64,000 nucleotides of DNA from an uncultured virus (IMG/VR IMGVR_UViG_3300034092_002689) (IMGVR_UViG_3300034092_002689); one strand, 5' to 3'. Counted from the stretch's first letter, positions 47,894 to 56,524 are shown. Made by a program: numbers and translations. Notes: generated from the sequence alone by a model not told the origin.

Positions 47894-48183
47894 GGGGGTT
47901 TTGGTTTCTAGATAAAAAATCGTGTGTAAGTGTTTGGGGTATACTCACACTCACACTTCATCAAGGTCTACTACCCCCCTACCTTGCTCTACTAACTCCA
48001 TTGATTAACGAACCTCATTGACCCATTCAACGATACAAATTTATTAGCCATACTAATAATATGTCATTAGAAAAAAAGTAATAAAAGAAAAGGTTATGCA
48101 TTTTTTTGTTGCTGTTTTTGTTGCCTAGTGTATAATCATCATATGATTAAATCATTTAATCATAGAAAGACAGGTAAAGTAAA

Positions 48184-48531
48184 ATGGTAGAAGTAAAGAT
48201 CGTAAACAAGGTTAGTTTAACTACTCAACAATATGCATTGATTGTGGCACGGAATGTCGCAGTCTATGCAGGTAAATCAGATCGGTTTATTAAAAAACAA
48301 GTAATGGATTTCATTAAGTTCTACAATGAATACAGTGAAGGTGGAATATCAACTAAAGCGATGGAATACTATCAACAAGATTGGTTGTTAAACAGGAATA
48401 ATGAACAAGTGATTCGATTGATCAACGAAGCTAGTGATTGGACAATAGAAGTAAACGAAGATGCTTTATACCGTTTAATCATGGGTCATCATAAACCAAT
48501 CTCATTGACTTCAGCGACATCAACCGTTTAA
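48184..48531 (+). CDS. Early hypothetical protein (115 aa)
   Basis: TATAAT at 48131, CAGGT RBS; first cassette gene. Confidence 0.75.
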   Translation: MVEVKIVNKVSLTTQQYALIVARNVAVYAGKSDRFIKKQVMDFIKFYNEYSEGGISTKAMEYYQQDWLLNRNNEQVIRLINEASDWTIEVNEDALYRLIMGHHKPISLTSATSTV

Positions 48532-48542
48532 GTTAATCAACC

Positions 48543-48579
48543 AAAGCCGTAGACTCGAAAGGGTCTACGGTTTTCGTTT
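48543..48579 (+). terminator. Terminator hairpin, repeat unit B
   Basis: GCCGTAGACTC-GAAA-GGGTCTACGGT followed by TTTCGTTT. Confidence 0.8.
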
Positions 48580-48714
48580 ATCTACCACTCAACTAAAAGC
48601 ATTGATCAACCAAAAAGGTTGCATTCGCAATCGGGGGTCAACTAGATCCATAGAATTAGTAGAACCACCATATTTGTTTAATGACTCTACTAAAACAGTG
48701 TACAAAAATAATGC

Positions 48715-48743
48715 TTGACATAAGTCAAAAAATATGCTATCCT
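48715..48743 (+). promoter_or_regulatory. sigma70 promoter TTGACA-17-TATCCT
   Basis: Consensus -35, extended -10; a second promoter TTGACT-17-TATTAT at 48810-48838. Confidence 0.75.
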
Positions 48744-48880
48744 GTAATTTGGTTTACTTTATCTACTAATATCGTGTAGAAAAAAAAGCACTAACAACAA
48801 AAAAAAAGATTGACTGATAGCATTCTATGGTGTATTATTGACTCATCTCAATAATGAGAAAGAAAGAAAGGTAGATAGTT

Positions 48881-49189
48881 ATGGCAAAGAAAGTAAAATC
48901 GTTTAATGAAAAGTGTGAGGCTTACCTTAACATTTCAGAGCGTATTAAAAAACTAGAAAAGCAACTAAGTGAATTGAGGTCTGAATTCATCGCCTCTAAT
49001 GGTGGTGAGTCAACGGATTTCCTTGTGTCTATTCGGCATAGTGTTCGGGAAAGCGTAGCGGCTAAAACGGAATTCGTTGCGAAGTTCGGGCCTGACTTCC
49101 TCAAGGAAAATGGTTTACTCAAGGTGTCTGAGGTTAAAACTGTTAGCGTTACAGATAAATCAACCGTAGGCATTGCTCAATCTGCATAG
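48881..49189 (+). CDS. Early hypothetical protein (102 aa)
   Basis: GAAAGGT RBS; N-terminal coiled coil. Confidence 0.75.
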   Translation: MAKKVKSFNEKCEAYLNISERIKKLEKQLSELRSEFIASNGGESTDFLVSIRHSVRESVAAKTEFVAKFGPDFLKENGLLKVSEVKTVSVTDKSTVGIAQSA

Positions 49190-49231
49190 TTTATACGGCT
49201 CAAGGATGAGCCTTAAACTAAAGGAGTTTAT

Positions 49232-49441
49232 ATGATTAAAATGGGATATGACAATAAACAGTTTAAGTTGATCAATAAGGATACCGGAATTGAAGTGAAT
49301 GAAGGGGATGATATAGTAAGCTTTCGTGGAGTAGCCACTAAAGTGAACTATGTACAGGCTCCACATAAGCCATCATCATCGGGCAAGGTGAACGGCTATT
49401 ATGCATCAGTCTACAATTTAAAATGGGAAGAGATACAATGA
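49232..49441 (+). CDS. Early hypothetical protein (69 aa)
   Basis: AAGGAG RBS; APHKPSSSGKV...YYASV. Confidence 0.75.
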   Translation: MIKMGYDNKQFKLINKDTGIEVNEGDDIVSFRGVATKVNYVQAPHKPSSSGKVNGYYASVYNLKWEEIQ

Positions 49442-49587
49442 ATACCGTTTACTGCAAATGGTGCGATTGTGAACTCGATGACATTAAATCCGTTGAATGC
49501 GATGAATGCATCGAATACAATAGGGATCAGGAAGAGTACTTGAATTCCGTTGAAGGTATCACTGAATTCTTTGAATGTAACTACTAA
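49438..49587 (+). CDS. Small acidic Zn-finger protein (49 aa), not in ORF track
   Basis: ATGA overlap; MNTVYCKWCDCELDDIKSVECDECIEY... Confidence 0.65.
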   Translation: MNTVYCKWCDCELDDIKSVECDECIEYNRDQEEYLNSVEGITEFFECNY

Positions 49588-49590
49588 ACT

Positions 49591-49628
49591 AAAGCCGTTG
49601 ATGCCACTGGTGTCAACGGTTTTCTTTT
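49591..49628 (+). terminator. Terminator hairpin, repeat unit C
   Basis: GCCGTTGATGCC-ACT-GGTGTCAACGGT followed by TTTCTTTT. Confidence 0.8.
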
Positions 49629-49881
49629 ATCCACTACTCAACTAATCTAGTTGACTCAGAGAGATCGGGGTCAACTATTTTCGTTTAATCAGTCCGGGAT
49701 CCAAATACAACTAAATCAGTGTACAAAATTATTTGAAATAATCCTTGACATAAAATGCCATTCTATGGTATCCTGTAATTTGATGCATTTTTTACCTACT
49801 AAAATAATCGATGTAACATCAAAAAAATATATTTCAAAATCAAAAAACTATGTTATACTCATGAGCGAAAGGTAGGTAATT

Positions 49882-50544
49882 ATGGCAAGCTTATTAACTC
49901 AAAACAGCAAGATCAAGGGAAGCGGTAGCGCAAGGGTTATCGTTTACAATTTTGGTATTCCTGCATTCATGTCTGAAACGGGATTTAAAACATGTCCTAT
50001 GGCAGGCATTTGCGCCGGTGCATGCTATGCTCGATCAGGTTTTTACATAATGTATAAAACAGTCAGGAATGCTTTAGAATGGAGATTAAAGCGCACTCAA
50101 TCAAAACAGTTTCATTGGGAAATGAGAATGGAATTGAACAAAGCTTTAAAGCGGCATAAAGGAAAACAATTGATAATTCGCATTCACGATAGCGGAGATT
50201 TTTACTCGCTCGAGTACTATAGGAAATGGGAAGCCATTATGCTGGAATTCCCTGATATCAGGTTTTATGCTTACACTAAAATGGTTAAGATGTTCAAGGA
50301 ACTTGATGGAACTCTTCCTGCTAATTTTACTCTGATATATTCTTTCGGCGGTAAACAAGATAAATTGATTGATCGTTCTAAAGATCGTCATTCCTTTGTT
50401 TTCGCTGATAGCATCGAACTCAAGCGTAAAAAATACATCGATACATCAAAGAATGATTTAAATGCTATTGGAAAAAATCACCGTATTGGGTTAGTCTATC
50501 ATCATCCTAAAAGCTTTGAGAATACAGGATGGTCTAAACTATAA
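49882..50544 (+). CDS. GP88-family (radical-SAM-like) protein (220 aa)
   Basis: TCPMAGICAGACYA (Cx5Cx3C), RIHDSGDFYS, FYAYTK. Confidence 0.85.
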   Translation: MASLLTQNSKIKGSGSARVIVYNFGIPAFMSETGFKTCPMAGICAGACYARSGFYIMYKTVRNALEWRLKRTQSKQFHWEMRMELNKALKRHKGKQLIIRIHDSGDFYSLEYYRKWEAIMLEFPDIRFYAYTKMVKMFKELDGTLPANFTLIYSFGGKQDKLIDRSKDRHSFVFADSIELKRKKYIDTSKNDLNAIGKNHRIGLVYHHPKSFENTGWSKL

Positions 50545-50589
50545 TCGTTTACCTACTCGTCTAGCATGGTGCTGGATGAGCTTTCAGCG

Positions 50590-50626
50590 AACGCCGTAGA
50601 CTCTCATGGGTCTACGGTTTTCGTTG
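50590..50626 (+). terminator. Terminator hairpin, repeat unit D
   Basis: GCCGTAGACTC-TCAT-GGGTCTACGGT followed by TTTCGTT. Confidence 0.8.
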
Positions 50627-51124
50627 CTTATACGGTCAACTAAAAGCGTTTAACAACGAATCTCATTGACTAATCGAATCGGGGGTCAATTAATTTCATT
50701 GCGTTAGTCAACGGTACAAATTTACTAAAATAACTATTGACAAAGTCAAAATTGTGTGGTATTCTGGAATTAGTATCTTTTTTTCCTACACCTTATTCAT
50801 TTAACATTCTATCTTATCCATTTACGCTTTAAAATGCCATTTAAGCGCATTTTTTTAGCAATTAATACCTAACCTAGTAGCATTTTCTAAGCGTTTAAAC
50901 GGGATTTTAGAGCGTTTTAAAGCTTATACATTAAAATTGTTTTAGCAATTAAGTCAGATAAACAAAAATCGTTGTAATATTAATGCTTTACAAGCGTTTG
51001 ATTTTGTGATAAAGTGGGAAGTTACGCTTGATTTTGACTGGATTTATGGGGTGAGGAGAGCTTCCCTCCCAATCCCCCCTCTAAACCCCATCACTCTACC
51101 CATAAAAAAAACATAAAAAAAAAT

Positions 51125-51153
51125 TTGACTTATCCCAAAACCCTTGATAACAT
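51125..51153 (+). promoter_or_regulatory. sigma70 promoter TTGACT-17-TAACAT with A-rich UP element
   Basis: Upstream A tracts; extended -10 TG. Confidence 0.65.
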
Positions 51154-51159
51154 ATTTTC

Positions 51160-51412
51160 AAGATAGGGAATGAGACTGAAAACCTCCTCCCTCCTGACAA
51201 GGTAAAGGCTTCTTGAAACATCCACCGAAAGGGTCGCTGACTCCTCGATGGGTAAGGCAAGAAAACCTTCTAAGTAAGTGCATGAATCCTACCCGACAAG
51301 TAGCGTCAAGAACGCAACGGACGGATGACCGCTTTGATGCCTTGTCTGTCTCTGATTGAGTGAAGCGTGACGAAAAGTGAACAACCCACGGACAACGAAA
51401 TCAGTAGAGAGA
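51160..51412 (+). ncRNA. Candidate structured ncRNA or long leader
   Basis: No ORF; multiple nested and crossing helices (see findings). Confidence 0.5.
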
Positions 51413-51528
51413 AATAAATGAAAGTAAGGTTCATTGATTTAACAAGCGTATTAGTTGAGTAACTTAGTCAATTAGTACGCTTGATTACTTCAATAAGCAA
51501 TGAAGTATGAAAGAGAAAGGGTAACAAT

Positions 51529-51834
51529 ATGACACAAAGAGAAATAGCTGAGACTATCAATCAACAATTAAACTGGGCAGGTTTACCTGTTCGCTGGTCT
51601 TGGGGCATTCATGCTCTGAAGGCATTGCCTCCAAAGGATGGCATGAGAGGCGGTCTGCAATTCGCTGTGAATGGAGCGAAGCACAAAGGCCATGTCCGAG
51701 TGTGGCTTACGGGTGGCGATGATTACACCATCGAATTAGGCCACCTGAGAGGATCTTTTAATGTAGCATATTCGGTGGATGGTATTTATTGTGACGAACT
51801 TGCTACGACTATCGATGGAATGGTGGAAACATGA
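51529..51834 (+). CDS. Conserved phage hypothetical protein (101 aa)
   Basis: GLQFAVNGAKHKGHVRVWLTGGDDYTIE; GAAAGGG RBS. Confidence 0.75.
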   Translation: MTQREIAETINQQLNWAGLPVRWSWGIHALKALPPKDGMRGGLQFAVNGAKHKGHVRVWLTGGDDYTIELGHLRGSFNVAYSVDGIYCDELATTIDGMVET

Positions 51835-52028
51835 ATAAAATGATCAAGGTTTTTGTTTTAATTCCTAACGATTGTGAATTTTCCGTACAGTATTTTGACG
51901 ATAAAGAAAGCGCGGAGCAATGGGCGAAAACTTATGAAAGCGGAGCCGACATCATCGAAGATATTGTACCGGAAAAAGTAGTGCGAGAAAAAAGAATGAG
52001 AACAGCGAGGAGAGGATATCGCATATGA
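51831..52028 (+). CDS. Hypothetical protein (65 aa)
   Basis: ATGA coupling. Confidence 0.65.
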   Translation: MNKMIKVFVLIPNDCEFSVQYFDDKESAEQWAKTYESGADIIEDIVPEKVVREKRMRTARRGYRI

Positions 52029-52219
52029 AAATTAAAACAGGTTTGTATGTTTTTAGGGTAACTCTCACTAATGGTATGATGCATGAGATTTACAAGCTTT
52101 ACAAATATCCAAGAACATCGAAGGGTGCGAATGCTTACCTGACAAGATGGGTCAATAAAGTTTGCAAGCGAGAGGAACTTGAATGGACGGAAAAAGAATG
52201 GGCATGGGTAGCAGAATGA
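52025..52219 (+). CDS. Hypothetical protein (64 aa)
   Basis: ATGA coupling; GAGGA RBS. Confidence 0.65.
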   Translation: MKIKTGLYVFRVTLTNGMMHEIYKLYKYPRTSKGANAYLTRWVNKVCKREELEWTEKEWAWVAE

Positions 52220-52425
52220 AAAGGAAAGAAGAGTATGAAAACATTCTCAAAAAAATTGATATCGATGCTTTTGATGGAGATTATCGAACGGCTATTGAGG
52301 ACTTCGCTGAGAAGAACAAGATACCTGAGGATCTCACGGAGAGTCTTATCTATTATCAGGAATATGTAGATAATTATGATCTTTTAACTATGAATGTGAG
52401 AAAACAGTATGAAGCAATGTTCTAA
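52216..52425 (+). CDS. Hypothetical acidic protein (69 aa)
   Basis: The ATGA-coupled start MKRKEEY is preferred over 52183. Confidence 0.6.
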   Translation: MKRKEEYENILKKIDIDAFDGDYRTAIEDFAEKNKIPEDLTESLIYYQEYVDNYDLLTMNVRKQYEAMF

Positions 52426-52786
52426 TGTTTTCGTTTACAGGAACCTGCACTATCGGGATAAGGTGGTGTATAGTGTACGAAATGAGTCCACTAAACGGGT
52501 ATCATTTCATTCGAGTCTTGTGTACTTGTATGATGTTGTCTTCAAAGTAGGAAAGGCAGGACAAAGTAGAGTGCGCAAAGAGAAGCGAAAGAATGTCCAT
52601 GCAGGGGTCAAAGGATCACTTGCTCCGATGGGTTTGGACTTATGGTTCGGGCCTTTTGTACAGGTGCGATACAATCCTTATGAAACGGGAACCTTTGTGC
52701 GGTGTGACAATGGCGAACCCGTGCATCGGGCTAAGAAAGTATTGATAAACGAACAGGGTGTATTCTGTTTTGGAATAGAGGAGTGA
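52409..52786 (+). CDS. Conserved phage hypothetical protein (125 aa)
   Basis: VYRNLH...RVRKEKRKNVHAGV...VRYNPY, a motif I recall as widespread in lytic phages. Confidence 0.75.
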   Translation: MKQCSNVFVYRNLHYRDKVVYSVRNESTKRVSFHSSLVYLYDVVFKVGKAGQSRVRKEKRKNVHAGVKGSLAPMGLDLWFGPFVQVRYNPYETGTFVRCDNGEPVHRAKKVLINEQGVFCFGIEE

Positions 52787-52788
52787 AT

Positions 52789-53052
52789 ATGCAAACGATA
52801 TGGATAGATGCGAAGAGAAAAGATGGAACACTTTCGAAGGTGCCTATCATTTCAGTGACCTCAATGGAATTCAATGATCTCGAAAACGATAATGTCGGGA
52901 TGTGTTTTGCTTGTGGTGAGTTAATGTATAATGTTGAGCCTGATGCGACACGGTACAAGTGTGAAGAGTGTGGTCAGTTAAGAGTGTTCGGTCTTGAATA
53001 TGCAGTGTTGCATGGGAGAATGAACATCGTATCAGAAAATCAAATGGAGTAA
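52789..53052 (+). CDS. Zn-ribbon protein (~87 aa)
   Basis: GMCFACG...VEPDATRYKCEECG; GAGGAG RBS. Confidence 0.7.
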   Translation: MQTIWIDAKRKDGTLSKVPIISVTSMEFNDLENDNVGMCFACGELMYNVEPDATRYKCEECGQLRVFGLEYAVLHGRMNIVSENQME

Positions 53053-53063
53053 GGAGAAGTAAA

Positions 53064-53351
53064 ATGAATGACATTAGAACACAATGCATCAATATGCTTG
53101 TCACTCGGATTGTCAATGATGCTTTGGAGAATAGAAATCAGGACACAATTATCGCTCATCTTTTAATCTTTGGTAAGAGTTATTGTCTCAGCGATAAAAA
53201 TACCGAAGAACTTCTTGATATGGTGTGGGACGAATACCAAAACGAGTTTGAAGATAGTGAAGAGGCACAAGCTGTAGCCGAGCCAGACAAGGCAACGCTC
53301 GAAGCTTGGATCATGAAACAAACCCCGTATAATTGGCTGGGGCAAATGTGA
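53064..53351 (+). CDS. Hypothetical protein (95 aa)
   Basis: AAGGAG RBS. Confidence 0.7.
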   Translation: MNDIRTQCINMLVTRIVNDALENRNQDTIIAHLLIFGKSYCLSDKNTEELLDMVWDEYQNEFEDSEEAQAVAEPDKATLEAWIMKQTPYNWLGQM

Positions 53352-53362
53352 GAGGATAAGAT

Positions 53363-53608
53363 ATGTATGAAATAAAAAACATTCCGGTGGCGAATGCCTC
53401 CGAAGATACCGGATGGATAAAGCATTCCGAAGGGCGGTGCTGGACTATGTGGACTCGCACGATAAAGACCGACCGTACTCCCGAAGAAGTCTCGGCTGAA
53501 GTGTATGCCAACAAAGATTACCCCGGATGGACAGGAGTAGAATGGTTCAGTCATGCATCAAAGAGTGGTGTTGTGGTATTACATAGCACTTGGGATTCGA
53601 GTGATTAG
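53363..53608 (+). CDS. Hypothetical protein (81 aa)
   Basis: GAGGA RBS; ends TWDSSD. Confidence 0.65.
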   Translation: MYEIKNIPVANASEDTGWIKHSEGRCWTMWTRTIKTDRTPEEVSAEVYANKDYPGWTGVEWFSHASKSGVVVLHSTWDSSD

Positions 53609-53616
53609 GAGAGAGC

Positions 53617-53793
53617 ATGAACAAAGTAATTGAGAAAGAATTAATTAATAGCATTGATAATCTTTTGTATTATTACTACAATGAAGCAGAAAAAGAACAG
53701 ACCATAGATTTTGATAGATTAAATGAACTGATGCACAAACTAATGGTGCGTCGAAAAGTTTTAACAATGATAGAAGAGGAGAAGAAAAAATGA
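53617..53793 (+). CDS. Hypothetical protein (58 aa), not in ORF track
   Basis: AGGAG RBS; MNKVIEKELINSIDNLLYYY...; ATGA coupling to the next gene. Confidence 0.6.
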   Translation: MNKVIEKELINSIDNLLYYYYNEAEKEQTIDFDRLNELMHKLMVRRKVLTMIEEEKKK

Positions 53794-54104
53794 AAACATT
53801 TAAATTTCATTCGGACAGTGGACATGGATGGTTAGCAGTGAAGCTGAATCTGCTCACTGAATTAAACATAGTGGATAAAATTAGCCAGTATTCATATCTG
53901 CGTGGACAGACTGTTTACTTGGAAGAAGACTGCGATGCTCGTGTATTTCACGAAGCGTACACTGCAAAGTATGGTGAGTATGAAGTAGAGACATTCTACT
54001 ATGATCGACGCTCCCCTATCCGTAGTTATACTTCATTCACTGGTGATGTAGTGAAGCGCATTTTAAACAGTAAGAATCGTTTACCATTTCAATCAAAGGA
54101 GTAA
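53790..54104 (+). CDS. Conserved phage hypothetical protein (104 aa)
   Basis: FHSDSGHGWLAV...SQYSY...VYLEEDCDA motif. Confidence 0.75.
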   Translation: MKTFKFHSDSGHGWLAVKLNLLTELNIVDKISQYSYLRGQTVYLEEDCDARVFHEAYTAKYGEYEVETFYYDRRSPIRSYTSFTGDVVKRILNSKNRLPFQSKE

Positions 54105-54107
54105 TGT

Positions 54108-54638
54108 ATGACAGAGTATAAAATAAAATTAAGAAAGAAAATTATTGAAGATTTGAATGCTCAGAGTGCTTTGTTTTCTGAATCCGAGAAGGCTCCTCTG
54201 TCCGTGCTGATAGAAAAAATGATGAAAGCAAATGCGGATGCTGAGGAAGCAAATCGCATCAAGCCTGAAGAGGAGTCGGAATTTTGGGACATCATTCACG
54301 AATGTAAGTGGTCAAGTGATTTCAATTACAAGCGCATCAAAGAACATTTAATTTCTAAATACACCGCAAAATTCATGAATCGTTTTAGTCATTGGGTCGA
54401 TGGTAAATTCAATGCCCTTGGAAAGGCTATTGATCGTTTCGAAAAAGCAAACGGTAAGGGAACTCTTCCTTACAGTGGCGATGATGGATGGTCGGATCTT
54501 CTCCATCATGTCATCGGTAATGGTAAAGAATATTACGAGACCGCAATCTCTGATCCATCAATACTGCGCCAATTAAAAGTGGAAGAATCATTTTCATATG
54601 CCATTCCGTTTTGGACTGACTATGAAAAAAAGGTTTGA
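54108..54638 (+). CDS. DUF4240-like protein (176 aa)
   Basis: EFWDII...GDDGWSDLLHHVIGNGKEYYETAISDP. Confidence 0.6.
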   Translation: MTEYKIKLRKKIIEDLNAQSALFSESEKAPLSVLIEKMMKANADAEEANRIKPEEESEFWDIIHECKWSSDFNYKRIKEHLISKYTAKFMNRFSHWVDGKFNALGKAIDRFEKANGKGTLPYSGDDGWSDLLHHVIGNGKEYYETAISDPSILRQLKVEESFSYAIPFWTDYEKKV

Positions 54639-54664
54639 CTTTCAGTCAAAATATAATGTATAAT
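54635..54664 (+). promoter_or_regulatory. sigma70 promoter TTGACT-18-TATAAT
   Basis: Near-consensus boxes upstream of the DUF932 gene. Confidence 0.7.
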
Positions 54665-54688
54665 CAAAAAGAGAAAGGTAGAATATAC

Positions 54689-55462
54689 ATGTCTAATGTA
54701 ATTAGTATTATCCCCAACAAAACAGAAATCGTTACTCTTGATGCGAAACACACAAGGGTATCAGAGAAATATCAACTCATTCCTACAAAGGAAATTGCTC
54801 AGAAGTTTTTCGATCTTGGATTCAAGGTCGATGAGTACAAGAGTGTGAGGGTCAGAGATGCTTCCCGCCAAGGGTATCAAAAGCACTTCGTTAGACTCTC
54901 GCACCCTTCACTCCTTACTACGCAGCATAATGATGTGAAGCTCCAATTGCTTGTGACCAACTCGCATGATGGATCATCCTCATTCACCATTCAACTCGGT
55001 ATCTTCCGACTCGTATGCTCGAATGGATTGGTAGTGGGTACAACCTTTGAGAGTGTGTCTATCCGTCACACGAAGAAAGCAGTGATTGAAATTGAACCTG
55101 CGGTAGAGCGCATCGTTGCTCAGGTGGCGAAGCTTGATCGATACTTGACTGCGATGAAGAACACCAAGCTCACCGATGAACAGATGAAAGAGTTCTACCA
55201 GAAGGCTGTCGCCATTCGATATCAGGATAACAAATACAGTGATGTAGACATCTCTTCTCGGCGCTCCGCTGATGATGGCAATGATCTCTTTGTTGTTTAC
55301 AATCGGACTCAAGAAGCTTTGATGCGTGGTTCTCAGGTGCGTCTAACTAACGGACGCTGGAGACAATCTCGTGCCATTCGTAGCATTGATAGAGATCGCA
55401 CCATCAATGAGAAGCTGTTTGATCTCGCTTGCGAGTACTTGGACGAGGCACTCGTAGCGTAA
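54689..55462 (+). CDS. DUF932/DUF945-family protein (257 aa)
   Basis: LLVTNSHDGSSSF...GIFRLVCSNGLV; ATG 54689 after GAAAGGT. Confidence 0.85.
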   Translation: MSNVISIIPNKTEIVTLDAKHTRVSEKYQLIPTKEIAQKFFDLGFKVDEYKSVRVRDASRQGYQKHFVRLSHPSLLTTQHNDVKLQLLVTNSHDGSSSFTIQLGIFRLVCSNGLVVGTTFESVSIRHTKKAVIEIEPAVERIVAQVAKLDRYLTAMKNTKLTDEQMKEFYQKAVAIRYQDNKYSDVDISSRRSADDGNDLFVVYNRTQEALMRGSQVRLTNGRWRQSRAIRSIDRDRTINEKLFDLACEYLDEALVA

Positions 55463-55470
55463 CAACCACA

Positions 55471-55502
55471 AGCCCCCTGCTCGAAAGGGTGGGGGGTTAT
55501 TT
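55471..55502 (+). terminator. Terminator hairpin
   Basis: AGCCCCCTGCTC-GAAA-GGGTGGGGGGTT followed by ATTT. Confidence 0.65.
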
Positions 55503-55512
55503 GGAGGATGCA

Positions 55513-55707
55513 ATGGATTACAAATTAAACAACCTTAGTTATTTTGAAAAGGATCTCTTAATCAATTGGTTCTTGTACCATATGTCAATGGAACAGCGTT
55601 ACAATCTCATGGAGAACTTCCCGAAGATCTATTTCAAAATGACCGGAGTGAAAGCGAAGATTTGGAAAGAGGAGAACGCAAATGAAAGGAATGATTATGC
55701 TGAATAA
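55513..55707 (+). CDS. Hypothetical protein (64 aa)
   Basis: GGAGG RBS before MDYKLN. Confidence 0.65.
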   Translation: MDYKLNNLSYFEKDLLINWFLYHMSMEQRYNLMENFPKIYFKMTGVKAKIWKEENANERNDYAE

Positions 55708-55879
55708 ACTTTTAAATTTATTTGGATATCACGCAATTGTTGTACCTACACCAACCGCAACAAGTATCTATGATGTAACTCGGTACTGGTCACAAGAAAT
55801 CGGATTCGATTCTGAGACAGATCAAAAAATTTTTAATCAGGTAACAAATCTTTTTAATATAAAAGGAGAACGCAAATGA
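55697..55879 (+). CDS. Hypothetical protein (~60 aa)
   Basis: Overlap coupling; start uncertain. Confidence 0.5.
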   Translation: MLNKLLNLFGYHAIVVPTPTATSIYDVTRYWSQEIGFDSETDQKIFNQVTNLFNIKGERK

Positions 55880-56005
55880 ACGAAACAATGAAGTCTAATA
55901 TGGAAACTGCGCAGAAGTTTTTCGAACTGTGCAACATCATGAGTAATGACCGCTCGCTCGCCGATCATTTTAATTTGAAACTAAAAGTAAAAGAGGAAGA
56001 ATAAT

Positions 56006-56524
56006 ATGTACGACTTTATTAAGACAGAAAAACCTACAGGATTTGTTGTTCGTGATAAGAACAAATACTACTTCAAACGAGGGAAAACTTTGGCAACAAT
56101 GAAAAATACTCCGTTTGTTATCGATGCTATGATTTTTAAAACAGAGAATCAGGCAAATAAAAAATTGAGTGCATTCATGGACAAGAATTTGTTCACTGTT
56201 ATTCCGGTAGAAACTTTGTACCATGAAGCATACTACTTCGATGGGAAGAAGTTCACAAAAGGATATGGCCCTTATCCTATTAATAAAAAGAAAGCGGTAG
56301 AGATATACAAGGAAGACATTGAAACTCAGATCAGTGAGATTAAATGGGATATTGAAAATCTACAATTTAATGTCGAAGAAGTTGAGGATGAAATAGCGAT
56401 ATTAAAAAAACAATTGTTGAAGAGGAAACAGGTGCTCGCCAAAAATAAAAAGGCTGCGATGCCGAAGATCAAAGCACTGAAGAAACTAATTAAACAAGGG
56501 GAACGCAATGCGAAGCTTGCGTAA
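56006..56524 (+). CDS. Hypothetical protein with C-terminal coiled coil (172 aa)
   Basis: GAGGA RBS. Confidence 0.7.
   Translation: MYDFIKTEKPTGFVVRDKNKYYFKRGKTLATMKNTPFVIDAMIFKTENQANKKLSAFMDKNLFTVIPVETLYHEAYYFDGKKFTKGYGPYPINKKKAVEIYKEDIETQISEIKWDIENLQFNVEEVEDEIAILKKQLLKRKQVLAKNKKAAMPKIKALKKLIKQGERNAKLA

Larger units (their letters stand above)
48543..50790 (+). repeat. Dispersed ~200-340 bp intergenic repeat units (48543-48880, 49591-49881, 50590-50790; partial 47990-48183)
   Basis: Ordered shared boxes: terminator, CAACTAA, TCGGGG(G)TCAA, GTACAAA, TTGACA-17/18-TAT(C/T)CT, G(T/G)AATT. Confidence 0.8.

Noticed and set aside
49651..49875. 74-aa plus-strand ORF
   Set aside because: Lies wholly within intergenic repeat unit C (promoter boxes); TTG start without RBS
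50649..50659. TTTAACAACG near-match to the late promoter motif
   Set aside because: Lacks the invariant final T and lies in an early repeat unit with no gene downstream
48543..50790. CRISPR array, integron attC array or REP/IS200 ends
   Set aside because: Repeats are long, degenerate and separated by whole genes; no constant 25-45 bp repeat/spacer period, no clear attC core pair, and no cas, integrase or HUH transposase gene in the window
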